DNA of 63,365 nt, filler included, from Globobulimina sp. (GCA_003354225.1; 34 parts of 34 records of this genome joined end to end with filler, not necessarily neighbours in it), one strand, 5' to 3'. Positions 1-11,208 are shown, numbered from the whole stretch's first letter. Notes: generated by a model not told the origin, from the letters alone. A program made the numbers and translations.

Positions 1-4
1 AATA

Positions 5-1288
5 ATGTACAAACATCCTGATATAAAGGATCACCAATTCCTCATATTAGACATAGCATTGGCTCAACAAAATGGACTGGGTGCCATTACCAATGGTCTT
101 TTAATTAAATTCCTGTTTAGAGCCTTAATCACAAATCGCACATTATTATTACATGGGAAATGGAGTTGGTCCTCACTCGCATGCTCTCGACACAATGCAT
201 TAGAATGTTATTTCATGTCCGTATCAAATTGCAATGTGACCCAAATACTTGAATATGCAAAGCAACATACATCTGATTATCACATCGGCAAAATACCAGA
301 TGTTAATGTATGCAATTTAGGTAATTTTGATGATGAAAAATATTCCATTGTGCCTTGTACGCATCAGATAATACATATCAATGAGAGTGAAAGAGGAATG
401 TTGTATCATCCAATAATGCAAACAATAAATGATAAAACGATGCAAAAATATTTATGCAATTATCAGTGTTTCAGAGCTGTAGCAATATCATTTATGTATC
501 GATTGCAACCAACTGCGTTGCGGATAATATTTAACAAAATTCAACATTCAATTATTCAATCCATTGACGAGACATTCAATCCAATCGACACTATTTCACT
601 GCCCATCCGCGCTACGGATAAATGTAGAAAATTAAAAGTTGCCGGCGGAGAGATGGACTGTTGGACAGTTAGTGAATATGTTCATTTCTTGCAGTCTGTT
701 AAATATTTATCATTTGGAAGGATAAATACTGTGATTATAACATCAGAATCAGATGAGATGATCGATGGAATTAAAGATATTATTGATATTGATAATGGAT
801 GGAATGTTATATTAAATTTAGATGATACAAGACCTAAAAGTGGCAGTGCCAAAACTAACAAAATAAGTGGTTTAGAATTAGAACATGATGTAATTATTGG
901 TGCTTTGAGCAGTTTGTTGTTACAAATGAATAGCAAATATATTGCATTTACGAGGAGCTCAAATTGGTTGGATAATATATGGAATATTGCGGAGGAATTA
1001 AACTGCGAACAAATATTTTGGAAAGATATGTTAATGTATCATGATAATTATTATTTTAGTTTTAACAAACAATGCTTTGAATTTCGTCAGAATGGAGTGT
1101 TAAATAAGAAGGTTCATCATAAGCATATTCTTTATCCGATGGATTTATGGGATGTTATCCATGGAAAGAACCTGACACCAAATGATTTCCATGCAATGTT
1201 TGGTGTTAATATAACAAAAGCTGGATGGGATACATATTGTGCGCGATACAAAGAAAGTCCATTTGTTGATGCTCTTCACATTGTTTAA
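5..1288 (+). CDS. GT23 (FUT8/NodZ-like) alpha-1,6-fucosyltransferase-like protein, probably 5'-partial
   Basis: NGLGA...RALITNRTLLL, SLPIRATDKC and SKYIAFTRSSNW echo the FUT8 motifs CGYGC...TQRTLIL, VHVRRTDK and FLVCTFSS. Confidence 0.7.
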   Translation: MYKHPDIKDHQFLILDIALAQQNGLGAITNGLLIKFLFRALITNRTLLLHGKWSWSSLACSRHNALECYFMSVSNCNVTQILEYAKQHTSDYHIGKIPDVNVCNLGNFDDEKYSIVPCTHQIIHINESERGMLYHPIMQTINDKTMQKYLCNYQCFRAVAISFMYRLQPTALRIIFNKIQHSIIQSIDETFNPIDTISLPIRATDKCRKLKVAGGEMDCWTVSEYVHFLQSVKYLSFGRINTVIITSESDEMIDGIKDIIDIDNGWNVILNLDDTRPKSGSAKTNKISGLELEHDVIIGALSSLLLQMNSKYIAFTRSSNWLDNIWNIAEELNCEQIFWKDMLMYHDNYYFSFNKQCFEFRQNGVLNKKVHHKHILYPMDLWDVIHGKNLTPNDFHAMFGVNITKAGWDTYCARYKESPFVDALHIV

Positions 1289-1450
1289 TAGATATTTTGC
1301 ATTTTCATACGGAAACCAACACAAAAATTCACATTAAATGTACGTACTTGATCATGAAAATCGCGTCCATATGCCTTACTGCGACACCTCTCAGATGTAC
1401 AGTTTTCAAAAAAATGCTTTCATGTTTACTAGCTTTCTCATCTTGATTCA

Positions 1451-1768
1451 ATGAAACAAACGGCTGTACTGCTACTACCGCCTAATGAACAGGAAGAGCA
1501 CAAGTATGACTATCGATCCCCAGCGACAGACATTGTCACAGAAGTTTCAGAAGCAAGAAAACATACAGATTCCATAGATTTGAGAAATGATGCAACACAA
1601 AAAAGAAATGCATCTCCAAATCAGTTGCAACAAAGAAGTCAGAATCCAAATTGCATCAAACATAATGTACTCAGAATCTGTGCATTATCCATTTCTCTAA
1701 TCATTGGATATGCTATCAATACTATATCACTTTTAAAATCCGGATCCACTGTAGAAATATTGACAATT
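1451..1768 (+). CDS. Type II membrane protein N-terminus, 3'-truncated
   Basis: Hydrophilic N-terminus followed by one hydrophobic segment (VLRICALSISLIIGYAI); runs into the linker. Confidence 0.45.
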
Positions 1769-1868
1769 NNNNNNNNNNNNNNNNNNNNNNNNNNNNNNNN
1801 NNNNNNNNNNNNTTAATTAATTAANNNNNNNNNNNNNNNNNNNNNNNNNNNNNNNNNNNNNNNNNNNN
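1769..1868. other. Artificial scaffold linker (first of 33 identical ones)
   Basis: N44-TTAATTAATTAA-N44 gives stops in all six frames and recurs about every 1867 bp; the flanking contigs are 1768-1765 bp and decrease in length. Confidence 0.99.
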
Positions 1869-1968
1869 ATATTCTAAATTCATTATGTAATGTTTGTAAT
1901 TTCACTGAACCAGGTTTTGTACTAGCTTAGATATTCTTGGATCTTTTAGTCTCTTCTTTGCTTTCTCC

Positions 1969-3546
1969 ATGAAAGGGCTACGGTTTTGTTCATTGGCTGA
2001 TCCACAACAAAACGAGAAATGTCTCATAAAACTTACAGGTGCATTATTTCGTGCAAATGAAACACAAAATAGTAATGCATCAAAAGCATTTGACGAAGAT
2101 GAAAGCAAATCAACAAACGGCAATAACAAACGGAAAGAGCTTGGACAATATCTGAGAGCATGCCGAAGTAATACAATTTCCGATGAATCATTGTTGTCTG
2201 GATTATTACGAGAGAACCACCCAAATGTGGAAGAAATAAAAATCGATGTAACAGCAGGATCATCGGCAACATATTGGATTTGTGATATGATATCATCCGA
2301 ATGTTTATTAATGTATATCTCCTCAAATTTGACATTTTTATGCAATTTAAAATTAGAAATTTATATAATAAATTTAAAAAATGAAAATAATTTTGCCAAA
2401 ATATGTGTTGATTCATCAAATGCTGCAGATTTTACCATTTTAAGTGGATCATTTATGGATAAATCAGCAGAAAGAAAAGAGTTCTTAATAGAAGATGTTT
2501 TATGCTATAAATCAGAACTGATCATTGCCAGCACATTCTATGAAAGAATGCAATTAATTGGTAAAACAATCGGTAATTATCGAGCTGTCAAGAGTGGAAA
2601 TAAATTTTTATTTGATTTCCGTGGAAAACCATGGATAGCAAATAATTCTGGCAAGGGTTGTATTGATTTCTTTAAATGGTATCGGCAGTCATCATCCACC
2701 GGCAATGTCATGTACCACGACGGCAGACACCCTGAGAACTTCAGCAAAGGCTTTATGATATTCAATAATAAGCACAGCCCCTTAATAGACAACAACACCA
2801 TGCTTAATTTTGTGTATTTACCACAGTTTTCTGTGCAGATCGGATTACCGATACAAATAAGGCATCAACATCAGAGCAATAACCGCAACCACAATCGCAA
2901 TGATGACAGACAGATCGGTATGACGAATAAGAATGGGATTGTTCAAGATTTCAATGCAATGTCAAACCAATCGATACAAATGTATTTACGCAACGACTTA
3001 GAAGGTTTACGCACTGTCGGTGCTATAAAAGCGCAGTTTGATGCAGACTCTATGAAAAAATTAATACAAATTTCATCCACAAATACGTACAAACAGTGGT
3101 TGTTATGTTCCATTATTTATAATAAAGGTAAATCCTGTTATACATTGATTAATACATCAAATGAAAGTAAAATTACAAATACTGTTGAAAAAAATTATAA
3201 ACTCTACAATAAATTGTTAATACAATATGGCAGTAATTCGACAGTACATTCTGCTTCGGATAAAGAGAAAATTACATTATTGACTTCTTCTGTTAGCGAG
3301 TTTGTTGAAAAATGTACGAAAATTATACAATCTGTTACCAAAAATGATATTATTAAATCATTTCAATCGTTATCTAAGCCATATATTATCCGGTCACAAA
3401 ACCAAAAAAAACAACGTCATCAACATAACAATAATGGACATAATCAACAGCATACACAACAACAACAGCATCATCATCAGAATAGAGCATATAATCAATT
3501 GCAACATGTACCTGAACCTCCCCAATTTAATAATTCTCAATATTGA
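1969..3546 (+). CDS. Hypothetical 525-aa protein with Q/H/N-rich tail
   Basis: Long uninterrupted ORF in AT-rich DNA; no family recognised. Confidence 0.6.
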   Translation: MKGLRFCSLADPQQNEKCLIKLTGALFRANETQNSNASKAFDEDESKSTNGNNKRKELGQYLRACRSNTISDESLLSGLLRENHPNVEEIKIDVTAGSSATYWICDMISSECLLMYISSNLTFLCNLKLEIYIINLKNENNFAKICVDSSNAADFTILSGSFMDKSAERKEFLIEDVLCYKSELIIASTFYERMQLIGKTIGNYRAVKSGNKFLFDFRGKPWIANNSGKGCIDFFKWYRQSSSTGNVMYHDGRHPENFSKGFMIFNNKHSPLIDNNTMLNFVYLPQFSVQIGLPIQIRHQHQSNNRNHNRNDDRQIGMTNKNGIVQDFNAMSNQSIQMYLRNDLEGLRTVGAIKAQFDADSMKKLIQISSTNTYKQWLLCSIIYNKGKSCYTLINTSNESKITNTVEKNYKLYNKLLIQYGSNSTVHSASDKEKITLLTSSVSEFVEKCTKIIQSVTKNDIIKSFQSLSKPYIIRSQNQKKQRHQHNNNGHNQQHTQQQQHHHQNRAYNQLQHVPEPPQFNNSQY

Positions 3547-4140
3547 CTCGATTATTTTTCTTTGTTATTTATTTATTTTAAATATGCGCACTTCCATTGT
3601 TATATTTCCATAATTTTGTTTACACTGCACATATAGNNNNNNNNNNNNNNNNNNNNNNNNNNNNNNNNNNNNNNNNNNNNTTAATTAATTAANNNNNNNN
3701 NNNNNNNNNNNNNNNNNNNNNNNNNNNNNNNNNNNNTGTACACGGCATCTGTGAGCAATGTGGTTAGTCCTCCCCCTATCCAATAGACGAACGAAAAACT
3801 GTTTGTGCCATTAAAAAAAAAAAAACAAGTTAGTCACTTATTTACATCTATTATATCGTTCTTATCAACGTCCATTTTGGATTCACAATCTTTTTTGTTT
3901 CTGGATTTAATAATTTTGAGTACGGAATCCTTCATATTTGAAATAATAGATTGAGATGCTTCGATAGTGTGTATTTGTTTTAATTGAATAAAAACTTTAA
4001 ATATAATATATTTGCCACAAATGCACCATCATACATTTGTACCAGTTTATTAAATTCATTATTCGACAGAGAGTCCAATTTTGAGTGCTAAGCAAATGTA
4101 CTAACTACTAAAAAAAAACCAAGTGAAAACATTGCATGCA

Positions 4141-5334
4141 TTACATCGTCCCATATGCAACTTGTGCAATATCAAAAAAATCCGGTTTGTTATCTGGCTT
4201 AGATTTGGGATTACAGATTGATGTAAAAGTTGGTTTACAAGATAAGATAATATCGTCAGCCAATATTTTCCATTTCGGCGCCATGCTGTCATGCTGTTGA
4301 AACAAATAAATCCACTCCGTATTGTAATATCCAACCAGCAAATCCGTGATATCCATTGGAATATCCACATAAAAGCCAGTCTCCACATCCCTGCAATATC
4401 CACATATCAACAAATCATCCCTATAATCATGATAACAACACGCATAATACCAATATGTGCTACTTCCAGGCCCGCAAATAGTACTTTTCATAATCTCTTT
4501 GGTGTTCAAGTCAATGACTTGTATATTCCTTTTAATTACAATCAAATATCGATCATCATTTGTCACAATCGAAGCATACCCAATTTGCAAATTATTCAAT
4601 TCCAAGTTCCACCAAAAATCACTCCATTTTCTCGTATCCAAATCAAACAAATACAACTTGCCATCATTACAAATGGCTAACAGAGCTTGCCTAGATTTCA
4701 AATGATGGATATTTGGACGTGGTCGATACGCTGCTGAGCCTGCTCCGAATTGATGAACTTCTTCGAATGTAAATGATGAATCAAACCATTGTAAATGCAT
4801 CGCACTGTTACCAGTTTGTAATGAATTGACTTTACAAATTGCATGGAATGAGCCATTGGCACATACTGCATCCAAATAATATGCATCATTGTATTCTGTA
4901 TTGATGATCTGAGTGGTATTGTTTCTGAGATCTATTATAATGATCGTTGCTGTGTTTTGAGTGAATATGTAAATCTTTTTGCTTTTTCTGTCATATTTCA
5001 TGACTGGTAATGTACCGATTAATTTTGTTTGTTGTTTGTTGTAGCTGATGAATAGTATGGATTGATTGGTGCGGAGATTGTATTTGTATATACCATATGT
5101 AAAAGAAGATGCGTGTTGGACAGTGATGTGAGGATTGCTACTGTCCATATTGTTGGATGCTAGGATTATTTCATTTGAATTCAAAAATACAGGACAAGAG
5201 AAGTGATGTCTGAAGTGATGATTTGGTTTTGGTAGTTCAGTAAATGCTGTTTTACCGCTTTCACCATATGATGAGTCAATCCATGGTGTCTGGCTTACCG
5301 CATCAAGTTCTTCTGGAAAGCAAATGTTGCCCAT
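4141..5334 (-). CDS. Kelch/beta-propeller-like protein with N-terminal acylation motif
   Basis: MGNICF start; propeller-like repeats (IYKYNLRTN, LYLFDLDTRKW, IQVIDLNT); C-terminal LLICGYCR...IPMDITDLL motif. Confidence 0.7.
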   Translation of the reverse strand: MGNICFPEELDAVSQTPWIDSSYGESGKTAFTELPKPNHHFRHHFSCPVFLNSNEIILASNNMDSSNPHITVQHASSFTYGIYKYNLRTNQSILFISYNKQQTKLIGTLPVMKYDRKSKKIYIFTQNTATIIIIDLRNNTTQIINTEYNDAYYLDAVCANGSFHAICKVNSLQTGNSAMHLQWFDSSFTFEEVHQFGAGSAAYRPRPNIHHLKSRQALLAICNDGKLYLFDLDTRKWSDFWWNLELNNLQIGYASIVTNDDRYLIVIKRNIQVIDLNTKEIMKSTICGPGSSTYWYYACCYHDYRDDLLICGYCRDVETGFYVDIPMDITDLLVGYYNTEWIYLFQQHDSMAPKWKILADDIILSCKPTFTSICNPKSKPDNKPDFFDIAQVAYGTM

Positions 5335-5604
5335 GTTCCTAAACAGAAAGTTTTGAGTGCTAGCGACTAAAAAGTTCTTTGCTACATCTGGCTCTTCACG
5401 GGTTGTTCTTTAATTGCAATAGACCAGTTTAAAGGATCGTAGTGGTCGCATGTCCAGGTCGCAATAAGAACAAATGTTATTCTTTCAATACAAACTAAAC
5501 AACCNNNNNNNNNNNNNNNNNNNNNNNNNNNNNNNNNNNNNNNNNNNNTTAATTAATTAANNNNNNNNNNNNNNNNNNNNNNNNNNNNNNNNNNNNNNNN
5601 NNNN

Positions 5605-6245
5605 GTGTTCGTAGTCTGCATAATGAGAAGGAATCGACACAACCCAATATTGATAAAATTAAAGATTGGTTCAATAATTTGGTCGTTTGGACACAAATTG
5701 AAATATTGGCACAAACCGACTTATATCAACGACGAAAAACAATATGCAATTTATTAAAAATATGTGATAAATTAGAAAAATATAATAACATATCATCACT
5801 TTGTGCAATCAGAGCGGGTTTATGTTCCGTACCAATCCATAGATTGAGGAAAACCTGGCAGAATATTCCAAAAAAAGCAAAAGAAATAAAACATAAAATT
5901 GATGAATTATTTAAATTAGAAAACAATCAAAAAAATCTGCGGGATCGGATATCGATTATGAAACAACCGGCAATGCCTCATATTGCCATATTTTTAGGTG
6001 ATATTATATTTATACATGAAGGAAATAATACTTTTGGTAAAGATGATTATAAAAAAATAAATTGGAATAAAATGAAACTTTTAGCAGATAGAATTAATTG
6101 GATTTCAATGTTTCAACAATCACCTTTTATATTTCAATCGGTTCCAATAATTAAACAATATTTGCAATCAAAAATGAAAATTCTTCCTCATCATTTCTTG
6201 TATGAATTATCTAAAACTCTTGAACCAATACAAAAGAAAATATAG
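5605..6245 (+). CDS. RasGEF (CDC25-type) catalytic domain, C-terminal part
   Basis: NNISSLCAIRAGL..PIHRLRKTW, PAMPHIAIFLGDIIFIHEGN, INWNKM; frame open from the contig edge. Confidence 0.9.
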
Positions 6246-6443
6246 AATATATATATATGTATGTTGTTTTGTGATTTTTTTACTCTCCTCGCTAATAAAT
6301 AATTATTTATTTTTTAATTTCACTCTACTCGCTAAATTTATAATAATACTATCAAACCGTTTCTGTGTACAACTTACCGACCAAGAGGGTGCATATACAA
6401 CTTGAATATTGTTACAAAAAACTTTTAGCCCACTTGTTCAACC

Positions 6444-7372
6444 ATGACTTGTACTAAAATATTTCTGGACTGTTTTTTCAATCAAAAGGAGTTATTATTG
6501 TGTGGTTACTCTCGTTTACATAACGTCTCCTACGAAATCCCATTAGATGTAGTTCAAATCTGTTACATATTCCTTCCATGCTCGGTGATCATACCGCAAC
6601 TATTGATAAGTGATGAAAGTGACACTGATGACTCTGAGGCAGATCATTTATGTGAAGACGAAATAACTGAACGCGAAAGTATGTGGCAATATGACCTATT
6701 TGGAAAATATGAATTTATTAAAACATTGAAATTCAACCATCCATTCACTTCCTGCCAATATCAAAGCAAATTATTGTCTCAATATACCAACAAATATTAT
6801 TCTTTAAATAGCGGCACAAACGTTATTATTAAGAAAATAAAAAATATTTCAAAACAAACATTGAAAGAATTACAAATTCTAAATACATTAACGTACCATC
6901 CACACATTCAAACATTGTATGACATCATATTACCGCGTGATTCATACAATAAATATTTCAGCTCATTGACATTGATTATGGAGCATGCAAATAATAATTT
7001 ATCTCAAATATTGCAATCCAATCAATTGTTACACGACATACAAATAAAATACATTTTATATCAAATATTATTAGCAATTAAATATATTCATAGCTCCAAT
7101 ATAATTCATTCCAACTTAACCCCTGAAAACATATTAATTGCGGAAGACTGTTCTGTTAAAATCTGCAATTTCAAGCATTCCGTTTCTGCGACAAAAGAGA
7201 AACAGCAAAAACGAAGTGAAAACGGATTGTTTCCGACAAAGTATATATACTCTGTTTTTGTATACATTTTGTAACATATACTCACAGAAAAAGGAAATTA
7301 AAACGCTCGAAACGGCGCAATTCTTGTCATAGAATGGCAGGGAAAGGGTGCGATGCTCCGGAGTTGATATTA
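6444..7372 (+). CDS. MAPK-like pseudokinase, 3'-truncated; intron 7241-7287
   Basis: ILYQILLAIKYIHSSNIIHSNLTPENILIAEDCSVKICNFKHS (HRD->HSN, DFG->NFK); splicing 7241-7287 restores the frame to ...GCDAPELIL. Confidence 0.8.
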
Positions 7373-7771
7373 NNNNNNNNNNNNNNNNNNNNNNNNNNNN
7401 NNNNNNNNNNNNNNNNTTAATTAATTAANNNNNNNNNNNNNNNNNNNNNNNNNNNNNNNNNNNNNNNNNNNNTCCAAAACAGCTGTTTTTGTCGATATGG
7501 TTTGTAATCTTAAAATTATATACAAATAAGATGATGGATGGCAAGTTTAATATTGCATCATACAAATTGTTTTAGATTGATTCAGCATTTCAATTTGCAG
7601 CACATATACAATAGTCATTTTCCATATAAATTTAAATTATTTAGTATAGGATATGTTGCTTACTAAATAATACAGTATCGGGTTACATACATATCTAAAC
7701 TCATAAACTCCGATAGCTCAACTCATAATTATAGTTTTTATTGTTATAATACTACAACATAAAAAAAAGAA

Positions 7772-8893
7772 ATGAACAGTAATATAATAATGGAAACTAA
7801 ACAAAGTGAAATAGAAACTCTTATTGTTGACACAAATGCAAAGAATGATAAAACAACCATTCGAATGCCATTGGGTAATTTAAACAATAATAAAAAATTA
7901 ATAGATTACTTATGTTTTGCTGCATTCATCTTACAAACATCCTCTGTTGTATTACTAATCCGATATTCCCGAATGCAGAATTCAAATGATTATGAAAGCT
8001 ATGCCACAGCATCGGTACTTACATGTGCTGAGATTGGTAAAATATTCGTTGGTGTACTTTGCTGTTTGTATGATTACAATGTCAAACAAAGCAAATCTAT
8101 CATCAACTCCACTAAATCTATATATGATGATATATTTGGTGATAAAAAGACATTATGTTTAATGTCAGTTCCATCATTAATATATTCGGTGCAGAATTTT
8201 CTAATCTTTAGGTCGTTGGGTTTAATCGATTCGTCTGTATATCAGATCGTAGTACAACTTAAAACTTTAACTACTGCGTGTTTTGGGATGTGTCTATTAT
8301 CAAAAAAATACACCTGGCTACAATGGATTTCCTTTGTTCTCTTATCAGTGGGTGTCATCATTGCCAATTTTTCTGTTATTAAAAATAAACAAACACTTGA
8401 ATTAGGAATGGATTATATGAAATATATGGGATTGTTTTACGTGTTGGGAACAACGGTAACTTCAGGATTTGCTGGCACTTTTATGGAAATGCAATTAAAA
8501 GGAAATAAAAATAATATCTTCATACAAAATATTCAGTTATCACTGTTTTCATTGATTGGTTGTGTTATAAACGGTTATTTAACCAATGATATGGAGCAAA
8601 TTATACTATATGGATTTTTTTACGGTTTTACCAAAATTGTATGGATTGTAGTTGTTTTAAATGTTTTTGGCGGTTATTTTGTAGCAATGATTCTAAAACG
8701 TGCCTCGACCATAATCAAAACATTTCTATCGGGAGTTGCTATTCTTTTGGTGATATTTGAATCGTATTTATTTTTAAATGATCATTCCGTGGCACATTAT
8801 GAATTTTTTGGTGCTGTAATTCTCGTGTTATTGGCAAATTATTTGTATAGTAAGGAAAAAGAAAACCAAACAAAATTGTCCAATTCTGTTTGA
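7772..8893 (+). CDS. Nucleotide-sugar transporter, SLC35A family (UDP-Gal/CMP-Sia type)
   Basis: VPSLIYSVQN, YQIVVQLKTLTTA, SGFAGTFMEMQLK, NIQL, GFFYGF; multiple TM helices. Confidence 0.92.
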   Translation: MNSNIIMETKQSEIETLIVDTNAKNDKTTIRMPLGNLNNNKKLIDYLCFAAFILQTSSVVLLIRYSRMQNSNDYESYATASVLTCAEIGKIFVGVLCCLYDYNVKQSKSIINSTKSIYDDIFGDKKTLCLMSVPSLIYSVQNFLIFRSLGLIDSSVYQIVVQLKTLTTACFGMCLLSKKYTWLQWISFVLLSVGVIIANFSVIKNKQTLELGMDYMKYMGLFYVLGTTVTSGFAGTFMEMQLKGNKNNIFIQNIQLSLFSLIGCVINGYLTNDMEQIILYGFFYGFTKIVWIVVVLNVFGGYFVAMILKRASTIIKTFLSGVAILLVIFESYLFLNDHSVAHYEFFGAVILVLLANYLYSKEKENQTKLSNSV

Positions 8894-9024
8894 AATTATA
8901 ATAAAAAGACTTATATTACATATGAAAAGTAGCATTCCCATGAATGTTTTTTGATGATTATCATCTATTTATGATTTATAGACATTTTCAAGAAATTTCT
9001 CATTTATAGTCTAGTTAATCTAGT

Positions 9025-9240
9025 ATGAAAACTGTAAAGAAAATCGTTCATGGCAGCCATGCAACACCTTCATTACTAACGCGTGCAAAACGTCACAATA
9101 GTAATGCATTTCGAACATTTAAGACTCCGAAATCAGGACTACCGTTATTTATCGCATCAAAGAATGCACCAATTCATTTATACGCAACCGAAGTAGAAGA
9201 AAAAGCAATGGCTCAAGTATATGCTTTGGCGAATAGTGAT
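9025..9240 (+). CDS. Possible bacterial-type RtcB RNA ligase N-terminus with presequence, 3'-truncated
   Basis: NAPIHLYATEVEEKAMAQVYALANS resembles my recollection of the E. coli RtcB start (NAPVKMWTKGVPVEADARQQLINTA); only about 26 aa are comparable. Confidence 0.45.
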
Positions 9241-9340
9241 NNNNNNNNNNNNNNNNNNNNNNNNNNNNNNNNNNNNNNNNNNNNTTAATTAATTAANNNN
9301 NNNNNNNNNNNNNNNNNNNNNNNNNNNNNNNNNNNNNNNN

Positions 9341-11108
9341 TAACGTTTTTCATATATTTGATGTCCGAACTCTTGGCGTTTGCCGCAGCGTCAAATAGCT
9401 CGAAAAATAAATGATATCTCTTATCGAACTTTCTTCTAAATTTGCTTTTCTTCGTCGACCCTTTTACAATGAATGGGGCGCTTTCATTCGCACCGTCGAC
9501 AAATATCCAATTCTCATCCAAATCGTTTCTATAAATTTTGTTACTTATTTCTATTTCGTCGGCGTCGAATGTGCCAATTTTGTGACTATTTTTCTTCGAT
9601 TTTTTCTGCATAAATCTCTCATTTAAATCCAATCTCTCATTCCTCCACAACAACCAATATTTGCTCTCAATAATCGTGCTTAAGATATTTGTCTTCGGCG
9701 ATCTGATTAATCTCGACCAAAATGAAGATTTCCTGGATGCCACTAAATTGTCAAAACCTGTTTCTCCGATCTGGACTAATTGCCATTTAATGGGATTAGT
9801 TCTCTCGGAATAGTTTGAGTGTCTAATTGTGTCGTTATACAATGATCTTAGTTTAGCCGCAAGGCCATGTTTGCAATCATACCAAATCTCCGCCGCATAT
9901 AACAATTTCGGATAAATTAATGCTTTGTAGATATTAACTAAGTATCTGGCAATAAGGTCCGATGCATATTTGTATCGTTTGAATATGTTCAAGAATGCAC
10001 GTCTTCCATTCACAATAACTGACTGAAATTGTGCATTCCAGTTCAGTTTCCAGTCAATCCAAACCCCCAAATATCGGACTTTGTCAAATATCTTTGTAAT
10101 GGGTTGGTCGCCCATTTTTATGCTAAAATATAAGTTTTTATGCGTGATATCATTGGCCGTGACTGCAATGACCATATAATTCTGTTTTATTGGTTGCAGG
10201 AATAGCCGTTTCTTCTTCGCTAAATAATAAACAAAATCGATCGCAAATTGCAGGTTCTTATTTAATTCTTCTCCCATTACAGTTCCATCCGACGCCATTG
10301 TATTATCATCAGCATAGCCAATGATTATTATACCTATTTTTAGTCCATTTATCGCATCAAACTCAATCGTAATGAAGATAAATATAATGGACGACGGTGG
10401 CCATCCTTGCGGAACTCCACAGATATCCTGTCTCCAACGACAATAAAATCCATAAATCTTAACTCTGCCCCATCTAAATTCAAGCGCTACGTACAAGTAA
10501 TCCAATGCGAAGCCATTAATACCAATATTGATATGTATACATTCTATAATGATTTTGTGCTGCAATGTATCAAACGCAGCCTTAAAATCAATAAACAGCA
10601 AATGCGTATCCTTATTATTCATCCTATTATTCCATATCAGCTCGACAAGGTAGGCAATGGTGTCGGTGCAACCTAAGCCTTTAACAAATCCAAAGTGTCG
10701 AGGTTTAATGATTTTCATTTTTATGGCATATTTTAGATATTTGGCTGCCATCCATTTATCATACGGGTTGCTGCAGCTCGACAGTAACGAAACGGGCCTA
10801 TAACTATCCATATATTTGGCCGGTTTGTTAGACTTTAGTATGATTGTAATATCTCGGATATTCATGGATTTCTCTCTAATGCCTAAAATAAATAATGCAT
10901 TGTAACAGAGATAAAGTCCCTGCTTCAAAATTCCAATCCCTTTTTGTAATAAGACATAATTAGATTTATCACTGTTGCTTGCTTTGCCCTTTTTAAATGA
11001 CATAATCAAAGGCTCCACATCGGCGATATCTAAAATAGAATTAATTTGTCTCAGCTCAGAGTGATGATCCTCTGTGCCAAATTTCGCTTTGTTTTTTGCA
11101 TTGTAATC
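9341..11108 (-). mobile_element. Non-LTR (LINE-like) retrotransposon reverse transcriptase, internal fragment
   Basis: SYRPVSLLS, FIDFKAAFDT, GVPQG, YADD, RYLGVWID; uninterrupted ORF of more than 550 codons. Confidence 0.95.
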
Positions 11109-11208
11109 NNNNNNNNNNNNNNNNNNNNNNNNNNNNNNNNNNNNNNNNNNNNTTAATTAATTAANNNNNNNNNNNNNNNNNNNNNNNNNNNNNNNNNNNN
11201 NNNNNNNN

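Noticed and set aside
9025-11108. RtcB next to a reverse transcriptase as a retron-like or RNA repair system
   Set aside because: They lie on different contigs separated by a linker, and the RT is an ordinary LINE type.
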